Source of the DNA: Methanothermus fervidus DSM 2088
Lineage (GTDB): Archaea; Methanobacteriota; Methanobacteria; DSM-2088; Methanothermaceae
NCBI GenBank assembly: GCA_000166095.1
Contig: CP002278.1
Location: 1,020,001-1,052,000, forward strand
DNA: 32,000 nucleotides
Reading direction: 5' to 3'
The position numbers and the translations under genes are program-made. The notes beneath the pieces were generated by a model. That model made no database searches and was not told where the DNA came from. It worked only from the letters and a program-made list of their open reading frames with translations. Of the stretch, positions 8,027-17,496 are shown in pieces. Within the stretch, counting starts at the first letter, position 1. Each line of letters begins with the position of its first letter.

Positions 8027-10294
8027 TTGAAGTTAGTGGGATTAATTCTAGTGAGCTTAGTCATACTAAGTCTCAATGGAGTGAACGCCCAGGCAAATAC
8101 AACTTTACAAAACACAACAACATCATACAACTCCTCTATCAGTGTAAATGCAGTGTGGGTAAAAGCATGGGACATGGAAAAAATGAATTTCACATCGGTG
8201 AAACATAAAAACATAACAGATGTTTTCCTTGAGCAGCAGGCATTTGAAAAACCAAAATTCCAAAACTCCACAAAAGAATTCATAAACAAGGCCAAGAATG
8301 AAAATATAAGAGTCCATGCATGGATAATGTGCTTAAGGCAAAACAATACATGGATAGACCCAGTTAAGCACCCTGAAATCAAAGATGTGCTAGTTCAGAA
8401 GGCAACTAAGTATATAAAGGAATACAACGTTGATGGAATACACCTAGATTACATAAGATATCCAGGAAATGCACCAAAGAATGGTACAGATATAATAGCA
8501 GATATAGTTAAGTATGTATATGAATCAGTGAAGAAGATAAAGCCAAATGCATTAGTTTCAGCAGCAGTTATGCCAGAAATGTGGGCTAACTATATATATG
8601 GCCAAGATTACACAAATATGTCAAGATATCTAGACTTCATTGTTCCAATGGCTTACAAAGGTAACTACAATGAAACAACTGAGTGGATAGGGAAAGTAAC
8701 TAGATATGTTGTTGAGCATTCATTAAAGCCAGTTGTCACAGGAATACTTGCATATAGATCAGATAAAAATCCTGTTAAGTTGCCAGCAAGTGAACTAGTC
8801 CAAGATATCAGGGCTGCATTGGAGAATGGTGCCAGTGGATTTGCTATATTCCACTATGGAATAATAGATAAGAAATTTTTCATGGATAATCCAATTGATG
8901 TCAGTATAAATCAAATAAAGGATGCTGCAGCTAGAGTAACCAAATTTATTGATGTAAACAACAGACTACCTAGATATGTAAAAATTGGTAACCAGGAAAT
9001 ATCCATTGCACAGTACCTATATCTTGTAGCTACTGCACTTAAACAAGGACTTAAAGGAACTGTAACAGTGATTAACGTTGACAATCCTGATAATTCAACA
9101 GTAATGGCTTTAAAAGGTAATATCAAAAAGAACGAGTACCTATCCTTAGCAAAAAGAGTTTCAGACTTTATAGAGTCATATGAAAAAGCACCTAATTTTG
9201 CTACATTTAAAAACCAAAAAATTTCGTTTGAACAATTAGTCGCCTTATTCTCTAAAGCCATAGCTAACAACTTACCTAGTTATATAAGTCTAGAGAAATT
9301 AAATGGCATAAAGTCAGGATATTCAGCATTTAGCGCTGGCAATCCATTAAACTACACCCGTATAGACACCACCATTAACAATCCAATAATCACAGTCTCA
9401 GACATACTTGATGCAGCAGCTAGAGTTAAAAAATTCATAGATACAAACCAAAGATTACCAAAAACAATAAAATTGGCCAACCAACAAATAAAACCTGCAC
9501 AGTTCTTATATTTAGCATGCAAAGTTATTACTGGCGACACATCAGCATTGTCTATACCAAACATGGCTGAAGCCATAAATGGAGACTCATTAACAACAAT
9601 AACATTGCCAAAAGACAAGTATGTTGATGTAGCAAGTAAGGTCATTAAATTCATGGATACAAACGGAAAAGCTCCCAATTTTGCAACAGTAGATGGAACA
9701 AAAATATATTACAAAGACTTAGTTTACATGGCAGCAAAGATACTAAACTTTTACAAAGATAAAAACAGACTACCAAATTATGTAACAATAGATCCAGACA
9801 TTACATCAAGACCTGAAAATACACCATACAGAGGTGAAGATATATCACAATACCTTAGAGCAACAGCAAATTGTCAAGTCAATGACCCAAGAATACAAAG
9901 TCTAGCTAAAGAATTAACAGCAAATGCTGCAAATGACTGGGAAAAAGCATCAAATATATTCAATTGGGTAAGAGATAACATAGATTACAGTTTCTACTAC
10001 AACACAATGAAAGGCGCAGTAGGAACTTTATTAACAAGGAAAGCAAACTGTTGTGACCATGCACATCTCTGTGTAGCATTATTCAGGGCAGCAGGACTCC
10101 CAGCAAGATATGTACATGGATATTGCCAATTTGTATCAGGAAACTGGTATGGACATGTCTGGGCTGAAGTATTAATTAATGGAGTATGGTATGCGGCAGA
10201 TGCAACAGCATTTTGTAATAGTTTAGGCGTTGTGAAAAACTGGAACCCAACTACAGCTACAATATATGGAAGATACGCAAGCCTACCTTTCTAA
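8027..10294 (+). CDS. Secreted cell-wall-active protein: signal peptide, TIM-barrel glycoside-hydrolase-like domain, four pseudomurein-binding-like repeats, C-terminal transglutaminase-like (pseudomurein endoisopeptidase-like) domain
   Basis: Signal peptide KLVGLILVSLVILSLNGVNAQA; barrel motifs VHAWIMCL, VDGIHLDYIRYPG, VSAAVMPE, IVPMAYKG; repeats such as ILDAAARVKKFIDTNQRLPKTIKLANQQIKPAQFLYLACKVI; C-term ANCCDHAHLCVALFRAAGLPARYVHGYCQ...WYGHVWAEVLINGVWYAADATAF (Cys-His-Asp triad). Confidence 0.85.
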   Translation: MKLVGLILVSLVILSLNGVNAQANTTLQNTTTSYNSSISVNAVWVKAWDMEKMNFTSVKHKNITDVFLEQQAFEKPKFQNSTKEFINKAKNENIRVHAWIMCLRQNNTWIDPVKHPEIKDVLVQKATKYIKEYNVDGIHLDYIRYPGNAPKNGTDIIADIVKYVYESVKKIKPNALVSAAVMPEMWANYIYGQDYTNMSRYLDFIVPMAYKGNYNETTEWIGKVTRYVVEHSLKPVVTGILAYRSDKNPVKLPASELVQDIRAALENGASGFAIFHYGIIDKKFFMDNPIDVSINQIKDAAARVTKFIDVNNRLPRYVKIGNQEISIAQYLYLVATALKQGLKGTVTVINVDNPDNSTVMALKGNIKKNEYLSLAKRVSDFIESYEKAPNFATFKNQKISFEQLVALFSKAIANNLPSYISLEKLNGIKSGYSAFSAGNPLNYTRIDTTINNPIITVSDILDAAARVKKFIDTNQRLPKTIKLANQQIKPAQFLYLACKVITGDTSALSIPNMAEAINGDSLTTITLPKDKYVDVASKVIKFMDTNGKAPNFATVDGTKIYYKDLVYMAAKILNFYKDKNRLPNYVTIDPDITSRPENTPYRGEDISQYLRATANCQVNDPRIQSLAKELTANAANDWEKASNIFNWVRDNIDYSFYYNTMKGAVGTLLTRKANCCDHAHLCVALFRAAGLPARYVHGYCQFVSGNWYGHVWAEVLINGVWYAADATAFCNSLGVVKNWNPTTATIYGRYASLPF

Positions 10295-10300
10295 ATTCTT

Positions 10301-10340
10301 TTTTAATTTATTTTTTTATTTTTTACAAAAATAAATTTAA
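10301..10340 (+). terminator. T-rich terminator region with inverted repeat
   Basis: AATTTATTTTT (10305-10315) ... AAAAATAAATT (10327-10337) with intervening T runs, just after the stop of the surface protein gene. Confidence 0.5.
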
Positions 10341-10411
10341 TTCTTCATAAATATATTTATAATGATTAATCATAATAAATTATATATACTTCTTTTGCAC
10401 TACAAGTTTTT

Positions 10412-11140
10412 GTGATTAAGATGTCTTTAAGATCTGTAAGATATTCTAAAAAATATTCAAGAGTCGTCATATATACAGAAGGATGTGTTTTCAATTGTAA
10501 GGGATGTTCTTATAAGGCAAAGATAAACAGGAATAGAATTAAGAAAAGAAATATCACAATTGACAAAATTAAAAAAATTTTGAAAATTTTTGATCCTAAG
10601 TACCTACATTTTGTTGGAGGTGAACCTCTTCATACACCGGAGGTATATGATATAGCTAATTTTTCTAGGAGATTAGGAATTAAAAATGTTATAGGACATT
10701 CAACAGGATGGTATCTTCCATCAAATGATTTCGATAAAATAAACATAACAATAAAGTCCTACAACAGTGAAATTCATAAGGAGTATACTGGCTACTCTAA
10801 TAAAAGAATTTTGAGAAATTTCAAAAAATGTTATGAACTTGGCTTAAAGATTAAAGCAAGTACGGTTTTTATACCATCATTTATAGATGAAGAAGAAATT
10901 AAAAAAATTGCAAAATTTATAAGCAAAATTGATTCTTCAATACCTCTCCATATAACTGGCTACATTCCTATGCCAGGTACTCCTTGGAGAGCTCCAACCC
11001 AAAAAGAAATGGAAAACGTTGTAAAGATAACCAAAAAATACCTTAAAAATGTTACTTATTCTCTTTATAAAAATGTTGAAGAATACAGTAAGATGATAAG
11101 AGAAAATCCCCAATATCAAAGTGTTGAGATATTAGCATAA
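10412..11140 (+). CDS. Radical SAM protein (small, PFL/NrdG-activase-like)
   Basis: YTEGCVFNCKGCSYKAK = CxxxCxxC cluster motif, FVGGEPLHTPEVYDI (GGEP motif), 242 aa. Confidence 0.85.
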   Translation: MIKMSLRSVRYSKKYSRVVIYTEGCVFNCKGCSYKAKINRNRIKKRNITIDKIKKILKIFDPKYLHFVGGEPLHTPEVYDIANFSRRLGIKNVIGHSTGWYLPSNDFDKINITIKSYNSEIHKEYTGYSNKRILRNFKKCYELGLKIKASTVFIPSFIDEEEIKKIAKFISKIDSSIPLHITGYIPMPGTPWRAPTQKEMENVVKITKKYLKNVTYSLYKNVEEYSKMIRENPQYQSVEILA

Positions 11141-11141
11141 A

Positions 11142-12494
11142 TCATCTTGATTCATTTTTTGAAAATGAAATTAACAGTATACCAATTATTGATAGGAATA
11201 AGAAAACTAGCATTGATAATTCCATAACTGTTGTAAAGACTGGACCATTCACTTTAGCCCCTGTTTTTGAATAGAAATGTAATATAGAGATAATTACACC
11301 CATACCAGTACATTGTCCAACAACTCTAAAGGTACTTAATGTTGCTGATGCAACACCGAAAAATCTTTTTTTAACAGAACTCATGACCATGTTTGTATTT
11401 GATGGTGAAAATAGTGCAAATCCAGATCCCATTAAAAATAAACCTAAATATAATAACATTTCATTCTTTTGCATAGAGAATAATATGAAAGTAGTTATAG
11501 CAGTTGCTATAGATAGCATTCCTCCAGCTGCTACATATCTAGGGTTCAACTTATCTGAAAGTCTTCCTCCAAGAGGTGCCAGTGTAGCAATAGTAACTGG
11601 TTGAAGTGATAGAACTAGACCTGTTTTTTGTGGACTAAATCCCTGAAATGATTGTAAATAATAACTTAAAAGAAATGTAATAGGATAAGCAGCAGTGTAA
11701 GTGACTAACATTGCAAGTCCATTCCAGCTAAATTCACGTTTTTTCAATATTTTAGGATTAAAAACTGGGTCATCTACTCTATTTTCATAATTGTAAAGTA
11801 AGAAACTTAAGACACTGCCTAGAGAAACAAATAATAATCCCTGGGTTTCATATAATGAAGATACTCCTAATAATAAAAATATAAATGAAAATGCTAAAAA
11901 ATTAGAACCTTTAACATCGAAATCTTCTCCTTTTGCTTCTCTCCAGTCACCTTTTATCATTAAAGTTGCATAGCCACAAAGAATTGCAAGAGGAACATTG
12001 AAATAAAAAACCCCTCTCCATCCAAAATATTGGGTTAAAAATCCACCAATAGTAACACCTGAAAATAATCCCAAATAACTTCCAGTAGAAGATAATCCAA
12101 ATGCTCGTCCTCTTTTGTGTTTAGGAAATATAGATGCCAAAATAGCATTCACATTACTAAAAATCATTGCACTGCCAATACCTTGTAAAATCCTGAAAAA
12201 TATTATGGTTTCTCCTGTAGCTGAAATTCCAGCTAAAGCAGAAGAAATTGTAAATATAGTTATACCTAGCTGAAATATTCTTTTTCTACCATATATGTCT
12301 CCAAGTCTACCCATAGGTATTAACAAAGCTGCAAGAGTCATTAGGTAGGATGTAGGTATCCAACTGAGTATTGATGCTGAAACTCCTAATTCACGACCTA
12401 TTTCAGGTAGGGCTATATTTATAGAAGAGGTCACAAATGGCGTTAAAAAAGGCCCTACCAATGCTATTATTATTGCATATATGGATCTAGACAT
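11142..12494 (-). CDS. MFS multidrug-type exporter (DHA2/EmrB-QacA-like)
   Basis: 450 aa; IDIALPEIGRELG-like (INIALPEIGRELG), WIPTSYLMTLAALLIPMGRLGDIYGRKRIFQLGI, RILQGIGSAMIFSN, multiple TM helices. Confidence 0.9.
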   Translation of the reverse strand: MSRSIYAIIIALVGPFLTPFVTSSINIALPEIGRELGVSASILSWIPTSYLMTLAALLIPMGRLGDIYGRKRIFQLGITIFTISSALAGISATGETIIFFRILQGIGSAMIFSNVNAILASIFPKHKRGRAFGLSSTGSYLGLFSGVTIGGFLTQYFGWRGVFYFNVPLAILCGYATLMIKGDWREAKGEDFDVKGSNFLAFSFIFLLLGVSSLYETQGLLFVSLGSVLSFLLYNYENRVDDPVFNPKILKKREFSWNGLAMLVTYTAAYPITFLLSYYLQSFQGFSPQKTGLVLSLQPVTIATLAPLGGRLSDKLNPRYVAAGGMLSIATAITTFILFSMQKNEMLLYLGLFLMGSGFALFSPSNTNMVMSSVKKRFFGVASATLSTFRVVGQCTGMGVIISILHFYSKTGAKVNGPVFTTVMELSMLVFLFLSIIGILLISFSKNESR

Positions 12495-12501
12495 ATGGTG
12501 T

Positions 12502-12522
12502 TTGTTCCTCCTGTAGGAACAA
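12502..12522 (-). promoter_or_regulatory. 8-bp perfect dyad overlapping SD and predicted TSS of the MFS gene
   Basis: TTGTTCCT-CCTGT-AGGAACAA on plus strand; minus-strand SD AGGAGG (12507-12512) lies inside it; TATA-like TTTATATA on the minus strand at about 12538-12546. Confidence 0.6.
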
Positions 12523-12618
12523 TAACTTATCTAACCATTATATAAATGTTTCGTTTTATGATAATCAAACAAAAAATTAATAAAAAATTATAATCTTTAG
12601 GGAATGTAACATTTATTA

Positions 12619-13110
12619 ATGGAAATATTAGATGCATCTGCAATCATCTGCGGTTATAAACCAAAGAAAAAAGCATTTACAATTCCTGAAGTAACATCAG
12701 AAATTAAAGATATAAGATCAAAACAATTTTTAAATTCTTTATTAAAGAAAAGAATTCTGGAAATAAAAGACGTAGATGAAAAAACTATTAAAGATACAAA
12801 GAAAATTTTAAGAAAGATAGCTGATATCTCAAAATTATCATTCACTGACATAAAACTTATTTCCCTGGCAATCTCCATTCATAAAAAAGGTGAAAATGTT
12901 GTGGTTGTTACAGATGATTATATGGTGCAAAATGCTTTAAAGATACTTAAAATTCCTTTTATTAGTTTATTAAGTCAGGGTATTAAACAGGTGTACAGAT
13001 GGGTGAAAATATGTACTGGTTGTAAAAAAATATATCCTGAAGAATATAAGGGTAAAGATTGTGAGATATGTGGGTCACCAATTGTAAAGAAAAGAATTAG
13101 CAAAAATTAA
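12619..13110 (+). CDS. nob1: Endonuclease Nob1 homolog (PIN domain + zinc ribbon)
   Basis: MEILDASAIICGY PIN start, LSFTDIKLISLAISI, VVVTDDYMVQNAL, C-terminal ribbon CTGCKKIYPEEYKGKDCEICGSP. Confidence 0.88.
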   Translation: MEILDASAIICGYKPKKKAFTIPEVTSEIKDIRSKQFLNSLLKKRILEIKDVDEKTIKDTKKILRKIADISKLSFTDIKLISLAISIHKKGENVVVVTDDYMVQNALKILKIPFISLLSQGIKQVYRWVKICTGCKKIYPEEYKGKDCEICGSPIVKKRISKN

Positions 13111-13111
13111 T

Positions 13112-13654
13112 TTATTTCTCTAGTAATTTTTGCACTTCATTTGCCTTCATCACTTTACAACCAAGTATTTCTTTCATATATTTTAATGCCCATTCATGAT
13201 CTTCATTACTTAATGCACTTACTCCATCTTCAACAATTATCACGTCATACCTAGCATAATACGCATCTATCGCTGTATGAAATACACATATATGTGTATG
13301 TATTCCTGTTAACACCAAAGTATCAATATTTAAATCTCTTAAAATATAATCTAGACCTGTTTCTCTAAAACCGCTGTATGACCTCTTATACAAAACTATA
13401 TCCTTATCTTCAGGTTTTAATTCATCAATTATTTCACTTTCCGGACTTTCTGCCATTGCATGAGGGCCCCATATCTTTAGTTCATGATCAAAATGGAAAT
13501 GCTTGTCAGCAAGATATATAATTGGTATTTTATTTTCTCTTGCAACTTTGATTAATTCTTTTATAACTGGTATTATTTTTCTTGATTCTGGACTACTAAG
13601 TTTCCCATGTACAAATTCTTCCAACATGTCAATTATCAGAAGTGCTATTTTCAC
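13112..13654 (-). CDS. Isochorismatase-family cysteine hydrolase (nicotinamidase-like)
   Basis: KIALLIIDMLEEFVHG; LVLTGIHTHICVFHTAIDAYYARYDVIIVEDGVSA. GTG at 13654 gives a better N-terminus than the ORF track start at 13684. Confidence 0.85.
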   Translation of the reverse strand: MKIALLIIDMLEEFVHGKLSSPESRKIIPVIKELIKVARENKIPIIYLADKHFHFDHELKIWGPHAMAESPESEIIDELKPEDKDIVLYKRSYSGFRETGLDYILRDLNIDTLVLTGIHTHICVFHTAIDAYYARYDVIIVEDGVSALSNEDHEWALKYMKEILGCKVMKANEVQKLLEK

Positions 13655-13791
13655 AATAATCACCCAAAAATATTCAAGCAACAACTTTTAAACAAATTTT
13701 AATAATAATTTTTATTTCAACCTTTCAAACTTATAAATGTAAAATAAAAATATTACTAACTATAAATAAAATATTATCATTGCGGGATAGA

Positions 13792-14901
13792 ATGTTAAAG
13801 ATAGGCGTTGTTGTCCATGGCCCACACATCATAGATACAGGATATGCATTAAAAATAATCAAACTTCTAGAAAGGTATGGGAAAGTAAAGGCCGTACTTG
13901 GTGGAACAATGGGTAGAACGGCAGTGTATGATGCACATCTTGAGAATATTATAGATATATCAAAAAAAAGGTTGCCAAGTGAATCTATAGATATGTTAGC
14001 AAAAGAATGTGACTTTGTATTCCTATTAGATTATGGAAAGTCAAAAATTACTGGTCATGCATTTGGATATAAGGTTTTTAAAAAATTAAAAACAAATCCT
14101 AAATTAATACAAATTGAAAGACCTGGAGAAAAGGATGGCACCATCATCGTATGGAACAAAAAAGCTGAAAATTTTGCAAAAAAAATTGCTAAAAAATTAA
14201 AATTAAAGTTAGTTAAAAAAGAAGACGTTGAAAAGGAGATAAAAGGTAAAATAATCTATGAAAAAAATGGAAAAAAATATAGGAGAGTATTGGGGGTTTC
14301 AAAAGGAGAAAACATATTTGTTAATGGGATCGTCGTTGGAAAAGCAAAATCTGATGAAGTGACTTTAGTTGCTAAAAATGGCATCATCATTGATATAATA
14401 GGTGGGAAATTGAAAAAACATGGAGTAGAAAAATTAGGGAAAGTAGATTTAGAAAAAGCAATAATAAAAACAGGTCTTTTAAGAAGATCAGAAGTAAAAG
14501 CACGAAAAGTTATAAAACGAAAATCTAAAAAAGAATTTAATGTAGGATTTTTAGATCACGCTGCTGAAGATGTATACCAATTAAAAAATTGTGATGTTGT
14601 TGTAACAATTGGAGATGATACTACATTAGTAGCATCTGATATTTTATATAGGTTTGATGTCCCTGTTATTGGAATAACTGATGGAGATGTTGATAAAGTT
14701 GTTAAAAAAGGTTTTAAAAATCCAGGATCCATGATTATAGAAGTTGAAAAAGGATGGGATGACAAGATAGGTAAGATAATCTTGTCAAAAATATTTAAAA
14801 ACAAAAAATACATTAAAATTAAAAATATTAATAAGTTAAAAAGAAAAATTCAAGAAATTATCAACAAGATGAACATAAAATATAATATAAAAGAATTTTG
14901 A
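13792..14901 (+). CDS. DUF2117-like conserved methanogen protein
   Basis: MLKIGVVVHGPHIIDTGYALKIIKLLERYGKVKAVLGGTMGRTAV; GFLDHAAEDVYQLKNCDVVVTIGDDTTLVASDILYRFDVPVIGITDGD. ATG at 13792 preferred; ORF track starts at TTG 13780. Confidence 0.65.
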   Translation: MLKIGVVVHGPHIIDTGYALKIIKLLERYGKVKAVLGGTMGRTAVYDAHLENIIDISKKRLPSESIDMLAKECDFVFLLDYGKSKITGHAFGYKVFKKLKTNPKLIQIERPGEKDGTIIVWNKKAENFAKKIAKKLKLKLVKKEDVEKEIKGKIIYEKNGKKYRRVLGVSKGENIFVNGIVVGKAKSDEVTLVAKNGIIIDIIGGKLKKHGVEKLGKVDLEKAIIKTGLLRRSEVKARKVIKRKSKKEFNVGFLDHAAEDVYQLKNCDVVVTIGDDTTLVASDILYRFDVPVIGITDGDVDKVVKKGFKNPGSMIIEVEKGWDDKIGKIILSKIFKNKKYIKIKNINKLKRKIQEIINKMNIKYNIKEF

Positions 14902-14910
14902 GGTGTAGAA

Positions 14911-15888
14911 TTGGACCTAAATAACCTTGTAAAATCTATCAAAAATTTTGAAGGAGTAACACGAAAAAAATCAATAAGCAAGTTACTTTCAATATTAGGA
15001 AACTCTGATAAGATCTCAGGCCATACATACTTAAGTTATGGAGACGATGCAGCAGCAATAAAACTTGGAAATGGAAAGCTATTATTGTTAGCTGCAGATG
15101 GAATATGGGACAAACTTATGAAAGCAGATCCTTATTGGGCAGGATATTGTTCAGTGTTAGTTAATGTCAATGACATTGCTGCTATGGGTGGAGAACCACT
15201 AGCAATGGTAAATGTTCTGTCTATTAAAGACGAAAACACTTGTTTTAAAGTAATGGAAGGTGTAAGAGAAGGAGCAAAAAAATTTGGAGTCCCAATGGTT
15301 GGTGGTCATTTACATCCTGCAACACCATACAATGTATTAGATGTTTCAATAGTTGGTATAGTATCTGAAGATTCTGTAATTACAAGTCATAATGCAAAAA
15401 TTGGAGATAAAATAATCATTGCTATAGATCTTGATGGAAACATCCATCCAAACTTTCCATTAGCATGGGACACTACAACACATAAGAATTCAAAATTAGT
15501 GAGAGCTCAAATAAAAGCAATGAAAAAAATAGCCTCTAAAAAGCTTGTAAATGCTGGGAAAGACATTAGCAATCCTGGAACGATTGGAACATTGGGAATG
15601 ATGCTAGAAGCATCCAATACAGGGGCAATTGTTGAATTAGATAAAATACCTAGAAATGAATCTGTTGAATGGGAAAGATGGTTAAAACTTTATCCTGGTT
15701 CTGGATTTGTATTTAGTTGTCCAGAAGAATGTGTTGAAGAATGCATAGAAATCTTAAGTAAAGTAAATTTAACAGCTAATGTTGTTGGCGAAATAATCCC
15801 TGACAGAAAACTGTATCTTAAATACAAAAATACCAAAAAAATCGTTTTTGATTTTAGGAAAGAATATATAGTAGGTCTTAGATCTTAA
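14911..15888 (+). CDS. mmp2: Methanogenesis marker protein 2 (AIR-synthase/PurM-like)
   Basis: GDDAAAIKLGNGKLLLLAADGIW, CSVLVNVNDIAAMGGEPLAMVNVLS, GGHLHPATPYNVLDVSIVG; TTG start preceded by GAGGTG. Confidence 0.8.
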   Translation: MDLNNLVKSIKNFEGVTRKKSISKLLSILGNSDKISGHTYLSYGDDAAAIKLGNGKLLLLAADGIWDKLMKADPYWAGYCSVLVNVNDIAAMGGEPLAMVNVLSIKDENTCFKVMEGVREGAKKFGVPMVGGHLHPATPYNVLDVSIVGIVSEDSVITSHNAKIGDKIIIAIDLDGNIHPNFPLAWDTTTHKNSKLVRAQIKAMKKIASKKLVNAGKDISNPGTIGTLGMMLEASNTGAIVELDKIPRNESVEWERWLKLYPGSGFVFSCPEECVEECIEILSKVNLTANVVGEIIPDRKLYLKYKNTKKIVFDFRKEYIVGLRS

Positions 15889-15963
15889 AATATATTATGA
15901 AAGAGTTAATTAGGGATAATGTTAATATCTATTTCTCAAAATTTGTGAGCAGAGGGATATAAT

Positions 15964-17496
15964 TTGCTAGTTGAAGTTAATGGGAAAAAAGTGGATTTAC
16001 CGCCAGGAGCTACAGTGAAAGATGCTATAGAGAAAACAAATGCTCCTTATAAAAAAGGATGTATCATAGGGATAGTAAAGGCTGCCAAAGAAATTGAAAA
16101 ACATGTAGACAGATATAGAATAAAAACAAATAAAGGTAGTATCATTGTAGAATTAGAGAATGTGCCTGAATTAACAAGAGTTTGGAAAGAAAAATATAAA
16201 AATTTTATTGGGCAGAAAATTAGATGGACATCCTCAGAAGAAGTAGCAATTGGACCTATTAAAACTGAGTTAAAACCTACAAAAGAAGAATTTGAATATA
16301 AGGAAGGAGAAGTAATTTTAAGTCTATCAGGGTTTAGTCCTGAAACAACACATGTGATATTTTGTAGAGAAGATCATTCTTCTGTATATGCTGTACCACC
16401 ATATAATAGAGGTGTGTTTGCTAGAGTTATAGGCGGAAGAAGAACCTTGCACTTGTTGGAAAATGAAGATAAAATAATATCAATTGAACCTATTATTGAG
16501 CGTGAAAGTATTGTGAAAAGTGCAACCACAACAGACGTTAACACAAAATTAGAAGAAGGAAATAGAGTTTTTACTTATGTTGAAGTTCATCCAGTTCCAG
16601 AATCACCAAAATCTGTAGAACATTTTTTAATAATGACTGAAAACAATAAGATGAAAGTTGATTATGAATCAAATTCATTTGTAGGTTTTTATGCCTTTGA
16701 AGGTATAGGTAGAGGTGTTGAATTAATTAAGGAAAGGAAAAGAGGATCTGTAACACTTAGGAATAGAGGTAAAGGAATTGGACGTATATATATTTACAGA
16801 GAGGATAGAGTATCAACGCCTTCTCATAACTTAGTAGGTTATGTGAATAAAGGAATGGAATTGATAGACATAGCAAAAAAAGGAGATTATATAACTGTTG
16901 TGTCTAAACCAGGCAGAATATCAACAATTTCAATGACTCAAAAAGAAGCAGAGAAATTCTTAGATGGTTATGAAATTAAACAAGTAAGAGATGGTGTAAA
17001 AGACGACAATGCAATAATTGTAAAGCAAGAACCAAGATATACTATGGAAATTCTTAAAAAAGGTGAAGTTAGGACTTTTGGTGTCGAACCTGAAAAAATT
17101 GTTGAATTAGAGGTATATGATGACAAGGCACCGAAATCTAGTTGGTATTTCAGAAGAATAACAGGACTCATTGATAACCCAATTGGAAAATTAAAAGTTC
17201 ATTTCTCATTTCCTGGCATGAATTTAATAATGTTTGAAGGAAATACTAAAGAATCTAAAGGACTAGTTCCAGAAAACACTCCAAAAGATTGTGTTAAGGC
17301 AGGAGAAATTGGAATAACCAACATGTCTAGGAAGCATGTAGGTTTAATTGGTGTAAGATTTGAGGACAACGAAGAATTTGGACCCACAGGTGAACCTTTT
17401 AGTGGCACTAATATAGTAGGAAAAATAACTAAAGGATTTAATAATTTAGAAAAACTTAAAGATGGAGACATTATATATGTCAAAGAAAGAAAATAA
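15964..17496 (+). CDS. mmp3: Methanogenesis marker protein 3 (UPF0288-like)
   Basis: [39 protein letters not shown]...; [15 protein letters not shown] near the C-terminus; TTG start with AGAGGGA upstream. Confidence 0.8.
   Translation: MLVEVNGKKVDLPPGATVKDAIEKTNAPYKKGCIIGIVKAAKEIEKHVDRYRIKTNKGSIIVELENVPELTRVWKEKYKNFIGQKIRWTSSEEVAIGPIKTELKPTKEEFEYKEGEVILSLSGFSPETTHVIFCREDHSSVYAVPPYNRGVFARVIGGRRTLHLLENEDKIISIEPIIERESIVKSATTTDVNTKLEEGNRVFTYVEVHPVPESPKSVEHFLIMTENNKMKVDYESNSFVGFYAFEGIGRGVELIKERKRGSVTLRNRGKGIGRIYIYREDRVSTPSHNLVGYVNKGMELIDIAKKGDYITVVSKPGRISTISMTQKEAEKFLDGYEIKQVRDGVKDDNAIIVKQEPRYTMEILKKGEVRTFGVEPEKIVELEVYDDKAPKSSWYFRRITGLIDNPIGKLKVHFSFPGMNLIMFEGNTKESKGLVPENTPKDCVKAGEIGITNMSRKHVGLIGVRFEDNEEFGPTGEPFSGTNIVGKITKGFNNLEKLKDGDIIYVKERK

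Noticed and set aside
7867-8382. 171-aa minus-strand ORF across the surface-protein leader and N-terminus
   Set aside because: Overlaps the promoter, hairpin and coding start of the well-supported plus-strand gene; Cys/Phe-rich translation with no motif.
14556-14813. 85-aa minus-strand ORF and other 60-118 aa antisense ORFs (for example 9352-9678, 8911-9270, 17199-17483, 29074-29415)
   Set aside because: All lie opposite well-supported genes and look like frame shadows.
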